A DNA stretch of 64,000 bases from Candidatus Cloacimonadales bacterium (lineage in GTDB: Bacteria > Cloacimonadota > Cloacimonadia > Cloacimonadales > JAIOQZ01): contig CAXXTU010000002.1 of the NCBI GenBank assembly GCA_963662655.2, positions 2,624,001 through 2,688,000 on the forward strand, read 5' to 3'. The translations under genes and the position numbers were made by a program. Below, piece by piece: positions 62,533 through 64,000 of this stretch. Position 1 is the stretch's first letter, and every line of letters starts with the position of its first letter. The notes under the pieces were generated by a model. That model saw only the letters and a program-made list of their open reading frames with translations, ran no database searches and was not told where the DNA came from.

Positions 62533-64000
62533 ATGGCAACATTCATCGAGAAAATACTCGGCGCGAAGAAAGGCGCAATCGTCTTTAAAAAGCCGGATAT
62601 CGTGCTTTCCCACGATAACACGGCCAGTATCGAGAAAACCTTCCGCAAGATGGGCGGCGAACACGTCGCGGATCCCGATCAACTCCTGATCGTGCTCGAC
62701 CACAACGCGCCACCAACCAACAGCAAGCTCGCCAACGACTACCAGCGCATCCGCGACTTCGTGGGCGAAGAGGGTATCGGACGCTTCCATGACGTCGGCG
62801 ACGGCATCTGTCACCAGATCATGAGCTACTATGCACGCCCGGGCAACATCGTCGTGGGTAGCGATAGTCACACCTCTACGGCTGGCGCTTTCAACGCGCT
62901 CGCGGCCGGTATCGACCGCACCGAGACCGCCGGTATCTGGAAACAGGGCGAGACCTGGTTCCGCGTGCCCGAATCGATCAAGATCACGCTGCACAATCAG
63001 CTTCCCGAGAACGTCACCGCCAAGGATCTGGCGCTGTGGATCATCGGCATGTACGGCTCCAGCGGCGCAGACTACATGTCCATCGAGTACCACGGCGACG
63101 GCGTGAAAACGCTCTCCATCTCCGAGCGCATGACCCTTTCCAACCTCGCCTCCGAGATGGGTGCCAAGAACGCCGTGTTCCCGGCGGACGAAGTGCTCGA
63201 AGCGTTCCTCGGCGAGAAAGTCGAAGGTGTCTGGGCGGACGATCAGGCCGATTATTTCCGCGAGGTGGAAATCGACCTGGCGAAGGTCTTCCCGGTTCTG
63301 GCATGCCCACACCACGTGGACAACGTGAAGGGTATCGCGGAAGTGGCGGGTACACCGATCCAACAAGCGCTGGTCGGAACCTGCACCAACGGACGCCTCG
63401 ACGATCTCCAAACCGCGGCAGCCGTGCTCAAGGGCAAAAAGATTCCGGCAAGCGTTCAACTGCTGGTCATTCCTGCGTCCAAGGCGATCTACCTGGCAGC
63501 GATGAAAGACGGAACCATCGAGACGCTCATCGACGCAGGCGCTAACATCCTCTCACCCTCGTGCGGTCCCTGCCTGGGCACCGGCCAGGGTATTCCCGCT
63601 GACGGCATCAACGTGATCTCCACCGCGAACCGCAACTTCCTCGGCCGCATGGGCAACAAAGCCGCCAGTATCTACCTTGGCTCGCCCGTGACCGTGGCAG
63701 TCTCCGCGCTGAACGGCAAGATCACCGATCCGCGTGCTGTCTCAGGCGACGAACAGTACGCCTACAAGCAGCAGCAGAGCGCCACCACCGTTGTTTCCGA
63801 TGACGACAACCGCCGCATCGACAGCGCCTGGAACTACACCGATGTCGATAACCTCAACACCGACCAGATGTTCGCCGGAAACCTCACCTACAACATCAAC
63901 AGCTCCGAGCCGGACAAGGTCGCGCAGCACCTCTTCAAGGGCTTCGACGACAACTTCGCCGAGCGTGTGCAGCAGGGCGACATCATCCTTGCGGGTGAGA
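62533..64000 (+). CDS. Homoaconitase-like (Lys4/LysF-type) large+small subunit fusion, truncated by the window end
   Basis: Translated by hand (absent from the ORF track): MATFIEKIL, SHDNT, LDHN, GICHQ, GSDSH, RTETAGIWKQGETWFRVP, GTCTNGR, CGPCLG, NRNFLGRMG, DNLNTDQ; AAGGAG RBS. Confidence 0.9.
   Translation, partial: MATFIEKILGAKKGAIVFKKPDIVLSHDNTASIEKTFRKMGGEHVADPDQLLIVLDHNAPPTNSKLANDYQRIRDFVGEEGIGRFHDVGDGICHQIMSYYARPGNIVVGSDSHTSTAGAFNALAAGIDRTETAGIWKQGETWFRVPESIKITLHNQLPENVTAKDLALWIIGMYGSSGADYMSIEYHGDGVKTLSISERMTLSNLASEMGAKNAVFPADEVLEAFLGEKVEGVWADDQADYFREVEIDLAKVFPVLACPHHVDNVKGIAEVAGTPIQQALVGTCTNGRLDDLQTAAAVLKGKKIPASVQLLVIPASKAIYLAAMKDGTIETLIDAGANILSPSCGPCLGTGQGIPADGINVISTANRNFLGRMGNKAASIYLGSPVTVAVSALNGKITDPRAVSGDEQYAYKQQQSATTVVSDDDNRRIDSAWNYTDVDNLNTDQMFAGNLTYNINSSEPDKVAQHLFKGFDDNFAERVQQGDIILAGE

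Overview
Bacterial chromosomal window, probably from an anaerobic peptide fermenter of the Cloacimonadota type. That assignment is inferred from five secreted proteins ending in the FlgD/T9SS-like 'NPFNP...KKMxLxK' C-terminal domain. The window contains secreted LVIVD and other CTD proteins, an intact ISL3 element plus a related 249-bp MITE, tandem Rgp-like and Kgp-like C25 (gingipain-family) proteases, other peptidases (HtrA, M42, tricorn), housekeeping genes (ruvX, mltG, gpmA, rfaD, rnhC, nfo), a decaying SIR2-TPR gene and a complete phoBR/pstSCAB-phoU locus with Pho-box-like repeats. The best candidate for a new system is the operon at 52985->64000. It couples saccharopine dehydrogenase, an AASS-type lysine-ketoglutarate reductase, a fungal-like homoisocitrate dehydrogenase and two fused homoaconitase-like enzymes to a citrate-lyase-like CitD-CitE/CitF complex. 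This suggests an alpha-aminoadipate pathway run in reverse (carboxylating lysine catabolism through a putative homocitrate lyase), or an unusual biosynthetic version. The second highlight is a four-way-junction structured element with compensatory base changes, present twice about 44 kb apart. All calls come from motif recognition by eye; no searches were run.
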